Source: an uncultured virus (IMG/VR IMGVR_UViG_3300035422_000248)
Taxonomy: Duplodnaviria > Heunggongvirae > Uroviricota > Caudoviricetes
Length of the DNA stretch: 64,000 bases
IMG/VR virus record: IMGVR_UViG_3300035422_000248
Span: 1 to 64,000 of that record
Reading direction: 5' to 3' (one strand)
This document shows positions 59,201-64,000 of the stretch, in pieces. Positions within the stretch are counted from its first letter, which is position 1. Every line of letters starts with the position of its first letter. The notes below the pieces were generated by a model. It saw only the letters and a list, made by a program, of their open reading frames with translations. It was not told the DNA's origin and made no database searches. Both the position numbers and the translations under genes were made by a program.

Positions 59201-60127
59201 GCGCGCCTGCGTGTCGGCAATCTGCTGATTGTATTGGGCGAGTTCGCTCTGATACTTTTCGGCCGCCTCGCGCTTCGCCTGCGCCATAGCCATAGGTGAA
59301 CCTTTCAGTTTGGGTGCTTTGGGTGTAGGCGGTTTCTTCTTGAGTGCTTCAAGGTCGGAGGTTGCCTGCTGAACCTGCGCCGTGGCAATGTCAGCCGCGT
59401 CACTCTCACCGCCGACAGCCTCAACAAGTCCATCCCAGGCCGTCTCTTTCTCCACGGCTTCAAACATCGGCTCTCCCTCCTCGTTGAGAGGGATGCGAGA
59501 GAGTGCCGTTTCCTGTCCGTTTCCTACACTTGCGTCCGTTTCAGACACGTTTTCACCCTCTGAAACGGCGTTTTCGGTAGAATTGGGAACGCTTTCATCG
59601 GTTTTGGGAACGCTATTGGCGGCTCTGTCCTGCTGAACAAACTCCAGTGCTTCAAGTCTGCCACGGATATAATCATCCACGCGCCCTTGCTCCTGCATCT
59701 GCTTCTGCGCACCCTCGCGCAGTGCGTCCACATAGGTGGCAAGTCGCTCATCGGTGAGGCTCTCTGCCTCCTCGATTGCGTCACTATATCCACGGTCATA
59801 CTCCTCAACATTGGGGGTTGGAATATTTTCCTCCCCATTGTTGCCTTCTACTGGAATATTTTCATCGGGGTTGTTGCCTGTCGGCTCTTCCGCAACCTCG
59901 GCAGTTTCCTCGGCAGGGTTCTCACGTCCACTGAACATTGACATCTGCTCCTGCTCAATGACTTCATGAGCGGCTCGCAACTCCTCCTGCGGATCCACCG
60001 CCTCGGAGATATTCAATATTTGGTCGGGTGAGGTAAACTCATACTCACCGCTCTGCGCGTCCATGACAACGACACTCTCCGAAGAGTTCCGTACGTCAAC
60101 GGCAGTGCCGTCGGGGAACATCACCAC
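44258..60127 (-). CDS. Giant polyvalent DarB-like protein, C-terminal part
   Basis: ParB-like VVLSGNNR; PPase-like DYGYIRGTEGVDGDHIDVF; adenine MTase LEGSAGIG/TNVPF; SNF2 HEVGTGKT/DEAH/QRNGR; zincin HEVVGH. Confidence 0.88.
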   Translation of the reverse strand: MVMFPDGTAVDVRNSSESVVVMDAQSGEYEFTSPDQILNISEAVDPQEELRAAHEVIEQEQMSMFSGRENPAEETAEVAEEPTGNNPDENIPVEGNNGEENIPTPNVEEYDRGYSDAIEEAESLTDERLATYVDALREGAQKQMQEQGRVDDYIRGRLEALEFVQQDRAANSVPKTDESVPNSTENAVSEGENVSETDASVGNGQETALSRIPLNEEGEPMFEAVEKETAWDGLVEAVGGESDAADIATAQVQQATSDLEALKKKPPTPKAPKLKGSPMAMAQAKREAAEKYQSELAQYNQQIADTQARLDAWNAILGVYTSRSAELRRQREEERRQRDAEAHDAAVAQFEEQQRIKAEKQAEQERVGVHAVNPKIKEKWDNTPKIEGNPDAITLPDGSTIHGRYVLTEAGAASASHDVNNAYEPTEGFPIDENGQSVNDRDYLRDKDAQRIVEQMAGAYDNRALQTPVIVSRDGVVLSGNNRTMSGDLAARQGTDKAYIDYLREFGQKYGFTPEQVAGMKNPRLVFVPDEALPYDATTFSRFNAQEMKSQSKPEAAVKLGKIVPDNIFNDLVGEISRYDRLSDYYADEKAVAHALGALMQAGVINDKQMPEMRTGTALSAAGKELIENTLIGKVFQTSPDAVRQIISMPTMRQSIVMGLNEIASNRTLSRSGYDLSEELSKAVDLVYRAKAAQPDIYTDGMPVSPFGRMQGLFDDEYGDSRVTDATTLLLADLLNSGKPSDLRKVLTSYNNEASQSASGQADLFTGEIPTKENILTNVNEHFRNATPREQQALVDAAIAERKRRAEAEAEQRGRGQASEQTPNVDERNAERSEPVAEERTDLEPLGNDRNDINEDTPEEAALRARISVGDEWEEAGPDEAHPIYKRKLYVDGKHEIIQTDAPDDKGSYTGSQLTYNGKDYGDLASIAQAIDTASAEPTEAQKAAGNYKMEHRRIDGYNISIENPKGSVRRGKNADGTEWETEMHNDYGYIRGTEGVDGDHIDVFLSDTPEEGDVFVIDQRNADGSFDEHKVMYGFPSEEVAREAYLSNYEAGWTGLGAITQVSKDEFKKWVQSSKRKTKPFSEYKSVKAVGASNAPAPAEPSAPYTITPSTYTNKAGKTTPMHAVSFATPPTYEQRKALAAFAREKADGRKARGWCSDKDTYSEWLFRTEEDARKAGEMIADKSGEAVADAQPMTAEELREAVAPAKKKPTSEKKPKKAAINRVSLEDVAKDLQTKGEAKLSDHAEPLSPKDKPADTPKEAQHEISDDEMQSLANELRDLLGIGEDEGDSTLKFRDPGELTPQERQRIQSAGIRLAMGLVERGTTSFPDYATKMVGLLGNKIRPWLKSFYEGARWTPGYENYAFTPSEEVARFDVQNFDKKQADPIAQAAMIVEERKASTASEQAQKELTEIRNNNRKKQDEQTAADTAALAEKAEAVASEAESLAETSEDTTALNRAGEEIDNTLDEINDQLALLGYYEAEADDAKFHESYGYMLTAEKKAVADATKLAKQLVNDLGLDIKVTSATTPLGRKSVKKGTAVRANLAPAGGDVTIALPLQDGRELHIYIGLDPVHRRGGDAYKNGYGYGDNLEVRSIMYRVEAPEVKGADRYGNNQWIQPDCTYSDFLNAVKYEARNYLPKAEEAEPYDAGGYWNRHEIAETEKNGFKVGEKVWYTRNDGKHKRELATIVDFGGGSDVTLDTGMAPVMYEACEWSQIEKQEPTTPKDKPAVAPKEDIFEEAARVAKEAQEKKPKAPAKKKAEVKPEQPIGDLFGGLFDEPISDEKKTDVQPRPGTTERAGGHEPQPNEPLGESQRNEVKRTDRGGMGGRDSDHPVSDGKGGAGVSEQPAKSALTTDKTSSHNERLPEGERRNVRNNHAERGVDYAPKGEDARIKANIEAIELAKQLLDAGETATPEQMEVLRKFSGWGGLGKAFNDNGYNPTVSRLRELLGEDGYNDAVMSRNSAYYTPAPVIDAMWNVARALGFKGGNVLEGSAGIGNILGLMPTDMSDRSNIHAVEIDRTTGGILSLLYPDARVDVQGFERTKVRNNSIDLAITNVPFVTGLHVKDDTGDKDLSKKFRNIHDFCIAKNVRKLREGGIGIFITSSGTMDNSKELRRWIINEGNTDVIGAFRMHNKTFGGTGATSDIIVVRKRVNGKQSANAIDVTDVTAVRVADYDTGDTRKVKGQEVPIIKPYSMTYNKYFAEHPENMAGEMMFNFERGETWQPTSRALFPSADKPQDKMLSEWVSRFADMEEDMSSLRSDHDVEEAVMRINEKLGDGVKEGSMVLNSQGELCMARMGEAVPIGLNKNKVKGHTKAECFNAYSAIKKALSDVLEYQSTNEDDAGLEPLLKELNRAFDTFTRTYGNLHKNTAISFLRNDVDFSSIMALETYSEKGDNKGNKVVKAGKTDIFSRRVIEKEKEPQPTTVKDGILASLYKSGSIDVDYISEALGKSKEQVKQEIVESGLGFENPSTGAMEVSYQYLSGNVREKLHIAQENNEDGRYNPNITALEKVMPMTIPAHLIEFSLGSSWIEPKLYEDFVEEKTGIRVKLTNAGGTWFMKTPWSTFNEKNRAMSVTSKMCDKTIMGHELIEAAITNKQITVSKTTKKWDGTSETITDKAATAECSTKIDEIRAEFKDWARERMQADPDMSARIEHTYNEQLNNYVPMSIPDEFVPKHFGGQVTELHGRPFALRPHQGRAVVRGTTEPILLAHEVGTGKTYTLITTAMEMRRLGTARKPMIVVQNATVGQFVESAKEIYPNAKVLTIEEADRTAEGRKNFYAKIKYNDWDMIVVPQSVFERIPDSEERELAYIQDVIEEKLKVLDAMREADDNGRSMIVRQAEKEIEEQRDRLAELTEAIQGKKKKRDEKREATTRQNAEVRAMEMLDREVDDVENFDDMGIDALLIDEAHEYKHLGFSTAMQRGVKGVDPSYSKKSQGVYLKTQAVMERNHGRNVVFATGTPISNTAAEIWTFMRYLMPADTMKEYGIYYFDDFVRNFGNLAQMVEFKTNGKFAEVSRFAGYVNLPELVRIWSGVADTVLTREAGGVSDKIPEMEGGKPTDIYLPQTRALRSVMKYVKAELDRYDKMEGKEKKENSHIPLTMYGIAKAAAVDARLVVDNAEDDPNSKTNATVRETLRSLKDSAKYKGTVAIFSDNYQNKRSGFNLYEEIRNKLIAEGVPAEQIVIIKSGMTIKKKLDIFEKVNAGEIRVILGSTFTLGTGVNIQERLHTLIHVDAPNRPMDYTQRNGRALRQGNLHKDMGIPVRIIRFGVEDSLDVTAYQRLKTKGAIADSIMNGSKMMQNSMENRVLEEEEDSFGDMTAQLSGSEYAILKNQAEREVRNLTAKQKGHEIDQIYIHNQLPKVEGLIKGAERRIEIETKNLEIIGKHWPDGTIKKITIGKLTFDSVGAMGDFFKEQNAKMNEAADQIQEGADNWISKLTIDVDGLPFEVTTNVSRIVDNNGQGQISFEPKREVTYSCEALGIKDRAVKGNRIKNIMEEIAERIVTGADSQELLSRGQKQLARYSDDYRQLKERNGREFPHKQQLAEAKARLAQYEEAMRKELEEKEKKYAEMDKSVDAASDITLDDDGEDTPTNGDGNKYRLVEEGPVLDFLNNQPLKKGFRYSQWANMGVLPPMTAKQNGEWRAPMIFSRWEQSEEGMMNANGKADLVQGNGRTTGGVAYNPYFHIRTSPLNDQFTAAYDRPELLVVEGYYPESEETSGYHAEGAKDSVGLMDWHSGSVNGQLSEETKVQTMLSRYFKPSRIVPWSEVADLIMERVGDQKVAFPINAVPPMLRAELAKRGAKFSGISGSVAEGDVTMLEDLRDRVNAGEWDAGLERAREYMDAYESSPEAKEARVESLSNDLHTHIRVIRNQSEVNNLSTRRERRAKGWWSSDDNGVVVVLPNNVNVADVDNTVVHEVVGHKGLRALIGEDRFDEFLGEVYAHASNPIRKVIDKMTDEMVSAEADRLRVRKSMAHERAGEDVNSHYYTDMAEARVEAEKKRGQFRNEATEEYMSDLGGRIGSEGFEKMNRDELTLWGKIKAKVQQFLDKFLQGLKIAKSIRLNDKDLSYILYKSWKNLRKKSVFADAEDAVRRRQSGYDADEVTRFRDPGLGLEETITKMKAEAMQANAGNLQAKRDAMKAIGGNLNYLRQAMARQREYDITTVKSVSDLARVLMEAGLLDDLSQYETKRILGAINNVVGRQDVSQYVQKVMDIMVDNQLRMGANTLGRLLSIRGSRVDARGIEVQGELDPDGQRIAQVVRKSTSLPKDDIDNRIADAINRMSSTDTTIADEATIEYAGLQIARQYVEDITESKAEEKALRDSIKQAKEDKDAGQMTEAAYKQYVEATNDAIRQNKIDRAEAFHSLVEQVGDVLSGSIERAKAWREAEKQRVEEIHHNANSDMEGRPTDEHHKDDRTQKIVNNSFARFLLAPLATFDQMLRMFGKKNSCGEGYLWNRYMRGWVEASEKEYTGYQKALKVLDEKVSEVFGKDMTWGDLFAIDRKLPKASVSFWDGGEMKDHELTQGNLLYIYMADKMSDGRMKLRRMGITEDDVENIKNFLDPRFIQLADWMQEEFLVDKRNEYNEVHKRMFGASMAAIENYFPLKILANARLENVDVADDTTDTALPATSTGSIIKRRRNNLALDVTGANAFSVILDHLQQMERWAAFAEFNRDLNTLLSYKRFRNQVMNMSSAYGAGKTLWNNFRNVCSMAAGAYRPPIAALDKSAVNIAKGVTAAKVSFRIFTALKQFLSMPAYLSDSNPVYLAANIATPWRAWKWTMQNLPLFEKRWKSRMAGDPRLLKTDMDWKMWRSRVVELASRVGMSPNAFVDALTVAIGAHSMYQTKLAKYKRQGYDPDVAEQRAKQDATILFNQTQQSSEGAFLSTMQVDRSWLSVLFTVFRNSSMSYSRQLYDAMRNLQHRGIKGYKDLSQEFMAKQMKRDGIDPDQADRNAKQEYRRGIVRDLVRVAVFGYGLQLLWNLGAYLPYLILGDNEDEKDKMMNDVFNHTMFGSIEGLTGGDVMSAAGNMWVSGEGNPAYLTKDMPLASDVLSILKNMDKDQVVAMNDVINLCVQSGLGVNPQSLTDAVTAVMDFCGDDAETSRECALLIVLNCPQSQIDKIYFDELDASARDASKMTPSEIAERYARYKVRRGAPLTGWAYGNEQREKLMEKYRTRSNTLAKERLATATDKAVSPNMAEILGEYEQTKERVSEIKKVKSHDEDRYYDLLDELEATPEYDRYEIIKDYKRDVDALTKEWLKAKTPAERDSCAQAIIALKREMMNDLKQAQ
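54568..54780 (-). CDS. Possible nested out-of-frame gene (70 aa) within the giant ORF linker
   Basis: Amphipathic helical translation, while the main frame here is a G/R/D/P-rich linker. Confidence 0.4.
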   Translation of the reverse strand: MKRKLTYNLAPALPSEQEDTNLNRMNRWERASGMKLSELTEEEWVDVIATILSLTVREAQEYLNSLRNQP

Positions 60128-63100
60128 TTGACAACATAGACCTGCCTGTCATCAACTTTCATCGTGGCAGGGATAATCACACCGCTGTCCTTGTGGGTGC
60201 GCTTCTCCACAGCCTGCTCAACCTCCGCACGCTTGCGGTCAGCGGCCTCATTGGAAGCGTCCATAACGCCGTCAAGCGCGGCCTTGGCGTTGATGTAGTA
60301 CAGAACCGCGTCCTGCTGTTCAACGGTCAGTTCGGGGTCATTGAGCAAATCCCACGGATTTTCATTGAGGTGGAACATATAATATTCGCTCTCCGCTCCG
60401 AAAGCGTCCTCAACGCCTTGGTATGCCTCCTGCATACGTATGGTGATAGCGTCCACGTCAGCCTGCGCGGTCGGGTCACCCTGCTCAAAGCGGCCATACA
60501 GCAATCGCCCCTCCTTTTGCATACGCCACGCACGGATTACGTCCTTACGATGTTCATCTTTGGCTTCTTGGTATGCCTTTTGCCAAACATCATTGGCATT
60601 GCGTGTGCGCTCTCCCTCGGTGTAAAGACGCTCGATATACATCTGAATAGCATCCTGCTCTTTGGGTGTGCGGTCTTTGGCGCGTTTCTTCAGTGCAGTG
60701 TCAATATCAACACCGAATTTGTCATTTATATGCTCCCTCAACACTGCGGGATTAAGCAGGCTCTCTTTATACATTCCCTCGGCGAGAGTGTTGACATCAT
60801 CAATTATCTTCTGCTCGGCTTCCGAAACATTCTCACCGCGCAGATACTTCTCATAGATATTCTCAATGCCTTCGGGAATGATGCCGTGCTTCTCGCTGAC
60901 CTCCCAAACAACATTGTGGGCCGCTGTCCTCTGCATTTCTTGATTGGCAAACTGCTCGCCTACGTCCACCGAATTGAGTTCTGCCTGTCGCATGATGTTG
61001 TCAACCTCACCCTGCGCTTTCTCCTTGTTGGCAAACCTGCGACTGGTAACGACATCGCCGTTGGCGTTGGTGGCGTTCACAATCACACTGCCGTCCTCGG
61101 CTGTGGTGGTCTGATACCCGGTGACGCTTGACATCGGGAGCATACGACCCGTGAGGATATAGTAGGCTTTGGCGCGGGCCGCTTCACTGACCCTGCCGTC
61201 CTGCATCAGTTTCTCCATTGCCGAATAGCCGTCAAATTCGGGTCTGCCGTTGTATATGATCTCAGCCTCCGCACGCTCGGCTCTCAACTCGATTGCTCCC
61301 TCCGCAGGGTTAGGCTGTGAGATAGGACGCTCCTTGTCGCGGCTGAACAGGTCGGCAAGTTCGCCATAACCTGCCCGGCGCAACTCCTCGCGCTCATCGG
61401 CTGTGAAAGATAGATCGTTCGGACTCGCGTCCATATTCTTGCGCAGACGCTCCTCAAAGTTCATGCGGTTGTGAGTGCGCTCTGCCTGCGTCAGAGGTCT
61501 GCCCTCAGTCGGCTTGATAGGACGCAGACCTGCAATGACACGCGGTGCGCTCTTGATACCGTGCTGTGCCTTGAAGCCAAGCATCATTGCCATGTTGTCA
61601 GTCCACACGTCCATTGCATCACGCTCTCCGCTTATCCATTCGGGGATAGAGAAGATTGTACCCTCCGCAAGAGTGGACACTGCAACCTCACCACCGCGCA
61701 CAGCCATCTTGCCTGCCGTGGAGGTCGTAACCTTGACCGCCTTGTCAGCCACATTGCCTATGAGAGGGGATGCAGTACCAACTATACCACCCATTATGAA
61801 ACCATGCTTGGTGGCATTGAGTAGGTCTTGCCCGGAAAATCCGTTGGAAGTGCCGGTTGCATAGTCGGGCATACCCCCGGTTGAGGCTTGCTGTTGCAAG
61901 TTCTTTAATGTCTCATAAGTGGCAAAGTTAAATGCACCTCCGGCTGCACCCTGCACAAGTCTCCCAGTGAGGGTTCTTGCTGCAATCCGCTCGGCCATTT
62001 CTTTCGTAGCACCTTTAATCATTTGCTTACCCGCAATCTTTAACGCCTGCTTTCCCGCTGCGCTCCCAACACCTCCCGATATGTATGTGGTCGGGTCAAT
62101 TGCCATATTGCCGATTGTGCCGATTATATCAAGCACACGATGCTCTTGACCGTATTGAGACATAGCAGCTTGGTCTGCTATTGTCATTCCATACGAGCCA
62201 GTCATAGCCGAAGCGGCCATATCCATTGCTTGATAAGTGGAAACGAAAGGCTGATCGGCAAGTTTTCGCAAAAAGAACTCAGTTTTACTCTTAGGCATAC
62301 GCGAGTCTACAGCGTGCTGATAGACCGCTTGGTAAACTTCACCTTTGAGTGCTTCCTCTGCGGCTGACTGGACGGTACGCCCATTCAGTTCGTTGGTATG
62401 AGTTGAGAAATACTGCTGATAGGCCTGAAGTTGAGAATTGCGATACGATGAGGGCAACCCGGCATAAACGCTTTCAGCCATTTTTTCAAGGTTGAATGTC
62501 TCCTTACGCTTGACTGCCCGATTGTAGTCTCGTAAGTTCTCTTCGGGAGTAGGCAGAGGCATTCCGTCCGGTCCATAGGCTCGGATATTGCTCCGAACGG
62601 AATTATTATACTCCTTGAGTTGGCGTGTGTATTCCTCATCAGCCTCTCTATCCTCGGCTTCGGCTTGCGCCCAGACATTGCTAAGAACTTTGCGCATAGG
62701 TGCCTCATAGTCCAACTGCGCCTGTTTCTGAACGTCCTCCTGCTTGCTCGGGTCAAGTCCGTTCTGCTTCATGCGCTCTACAAACTGATTGCGCAGACGG
62801 ACCGTGCGTGCGCCGTACTCCGCTTGGTCTGCCTCGATAAGGCTTGTAGTCAGTCGGCCATCGGGCAACAACCACTCCGTGACAGGCTTGCCGTCCACAT
62901 ACTTCACTCCGTAGGGGACTGGAGACTGACCGCTCTGAATAGGCTTCTGCTCTGCACCGTCCGTCTCACCGCCTTGTGTATCGGGCGCGGACACTGATGT
63001 TGGGGGGGTAAGACCCATGACCTGCGTGGGAGTGCCTGCAAGCTGCGCTTGAAATTTCTTCGCTTTTAGTTTCTTGCGACCCTCCGGGGTGAAATGTTCG

Positions 63101-63522
63101 GTCATTCGCCGCGTCTGCTCAATCCTCGCCTTTGACCTTTGGTTGAAATCGTTGAGCATGGTGTTCAACTGATACGACATTCGTATCTTATCCTGCTCCG
63201 AGGGTTTCCACGTCTGCGCAGGCTTCGGTGCTTTCTGCTCCGCTTGTGGGGCCGGTGCAGGTGTTTGAGCAACGGGAGCCGCCGGTGCGCTCTGCTGTTG
63301 TTTGGATGCAGGGGCAGGAGCGGCCTGCGGTTTCGGAGCATAGCCGATATTGCGCTCAAAGTCGGCATACGCCTCCATGTTGTAGCCATCTTTCACAAGA
63401 GCGTCATAGGCTGCTTTACGCTTCTTGGGGTCTTTGAGGTTCTCGCGGAATTGAGCCTCTGACTCCATAGCATACCCACTCTTGATAAAAGCGTTGTATA
63501 AATTGGTTACTTTATCTGCCAT
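60121..63522 (-). CDS. Giant polyvalent protein, N-terminal part (virion/ejection-protein-like)
   Basis: 1133 aa with Ala/Gly-rich helices; joins the 5289-aa ORF through a frameshift at ~60125. Confidence 0.8.
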   Translation of the reverse strand: MADKVTNLYNAFIKSGYAMESEAQFRENLKDPKKRKAAYDALVKDGYNMEAYADFERNIGYAPKPQAAPAPASKQQQSAPAAPVAQTPAPAPQAEQKAPKPAQTWKPSEQDKIRMSYQLNTMLNDFNQRSKARIEQTRRMTEHFTPEGRKKLKAKKFQAQLAGTPTQVMGLTPPTSVSAPDTQGGETDGAEQKPIQSGQSPVPYGVKYVDGKPVTEWLLPDGRLTTSLIEADQAEYGARTVRLRNQFVERMKQNGLDPSKQEDVQKQAQLDYEAPMRKVLSNVWAQAEAEDREADEEYTRQLKEYNNSVRSNIRAYGPDGMPLPTPEENLRDYNRAVKRKETFNLEKMAESVYAGLPSSYRNSQLQAYQQYFSTHTNELNGRTVQSAAEEALKGEVYQAVYQHAVDSRMPKSKTEFFLRKLADQPFVSTYQAMDMAASAMTGSYGMTIADQAAMSQYGQEHRVLDIIGTIGNMAIDPTTYISGGVGSAAGKQALKIAGKQMIKGATKEMAERIAARTLTGRLVQGAAGGAFNFATYETLKNLQQQASTGGMPDYATGTSNGFSGQDLLNATKHGFIMGGIVGTASPLIGNVADKAVKVTTSTAGKMAVRGGEVAVSTLAEGTIFSIPEWISGERDAMDVWTDNMAMMLGFKAQHGIKSAPRVIAGLRPIKPTEGRPLTQAERTHNRMNFEERLRKNMDASPNDLSFTADEREELRRAGYGELADLFSRDKERPISQPNPAEGAIELRAERAEAEIIYNGRPEFDGYSAMEKLMQDGRVSEAARAKAYYILTGRMLPMSSVTGYQTTTAEDGSVIVNATNANGDVVTSRRFANKEKAQGEVDNIMRQAELNSVDVGEQFANQEMQRTAAHNVVWEVSEKHGIIPEGIENIYEKYLRGENVSEAEQKIIDDVNTLAEGMYKESLLNPAVLREHINDKFGVDIDTALKKRAKDRTPKEQDAIQMYIERLYTEGERTRNANDVWQKAYQEAKDEHRKDVIRAWRMQKEGRLLYGRFEQGDPTAQADVDAITIRMQEAYQGVEDAFGAESEYYMFHLNENPWDLLNDPELTVEQQDAVLYYINAKAALDGVMDASNEAADRKRAEVEQAVEKRTHKDSGVIIPATMKVDDRQVYVVKW

Positions 63523-63534
63523 AATGGGTTATGA

Positions 63535-63999
63535 TTATGCGGTGGGAGATTGGCGGCCGGTCGGACTGGGTTTGCCTGCGTGACCGCCTTTCTTGGTCTT
63601 GGTTTGTGATGTGGATGACTTCTTACCTCGTGCATCCGTTTTTTCGGTAGCGGTGACTTCGCTGACATCCTCCTCTTGCCATGTGCCGTGTTGCTTGGCA
63701 AAAGCCTCTGCAGCTTCCTTCGTTCGGAATGGATGTGCTTTGCCGTGTTCATCCCATGCCGTGAACTCCGACACGTTGGAGCGGTCATGCGCCCTCGCTG
63801 AAGCATAGGAGTTGGCGGCAGAGGCTCTTGAAGCACTCGCGGATGCGCGTTGTGCTTCTCCTCGCGCCTTTTCCGTACTGAGTTTTGCGGCTTGGAGTGC
63901 CGGAGCATTGTCGGCTTCTGCCTGCGCTGTCCTCGCGTCCTGCTCGGCTTTGTCTGCCTTACCTGCCTGTTCACGCTGTTTGTCGGGTTGCAGGAGGGC
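63535..63999 (-). CDS. Partial Ala/Ser-rich virion-like protein, 5' end outside the window
   Basis: Frame is open from the window edge (ALLQPDKQREQAG...) to the stop at 63535. Confidence 0.7.
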   Translation of the reverse strand, partial: ALLQPDKQREQAGKADKAEQDARTAQAEADNAPALQAAKLSTEKARGEAQRASASASRASAANSYASARAHDRSNVSEFTAWDEHGKAHPFRTKEAAEAFAKQHGTWQEEDVSEVTATEKTDARGKKSSTSQTKTKKGGHAGKPSPTGRQSPTA

Positions 64000-64000
64000 A

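Larger units (their letters stand above)
1010..64000. mobile_element. Temperate Bacteroidales prophage; continues past the right edge, left boundary approximate
   Basis: Repressor switch, recombination/replication module, lysis, capsid, terminase, portal and tail genes in phage-like order. Confidence 0.95.

Noticed and set aside
63507..63974. 155-aa ORF in the track
   Set aside because: R/P-rich shadow frame; the frame ending at 63535 is open to the window edge and more protein-like
1..64000. CRISPR array, rRNA, integrase or IS transposase
   Set aside because: No regularly spaced repeats, rRNA-like segments or recombinase motifs seen; the integrase is probably beyond the window

Overview
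Almost the whole window (about 1.0 kb to the right edge) is a temperate tailed prophage of a Bacteroidales host, judged from TAnnTTTG promoters and gene content. From left to right it carries: a CI/Cro-like switch; a + strand early module (RecT, RecE-like nuclease, SNF2 helicase, HU, initiator and loader, YopX, radical SAM, C5 DNA methyltransferase); lysis genes; a diversity-generating retroelement (DGR); a 2806-aa receptor-binding protein; capsid, scaffold, terminase and portal; and a ~6,400-aa polyvalent DarB-like protein split by one frameshift. The main finding is that one DGR template repeat (TR, 27127-27237) serves two targets. VR1 is the adjacent C-terminus of the 2806-aa protein (13 mismatches, all at TR adenines). 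VR2 lies ~13.6 kb away on the opposite strand, in a 194-aa gene of the early module (11 mismatches, all at TR adenines). Also seen: no avd gene but a C-terminal extension on the RT, a four-copy fixed-spacing late-promoter motif, an aberrant type-II tRNA-like gene, a mini-paralog of the capsid N-terminus, and a probable nested out-of-frame gene. No integrase is in the window. Product calls rest on motif recognition and synteny, not database searches.
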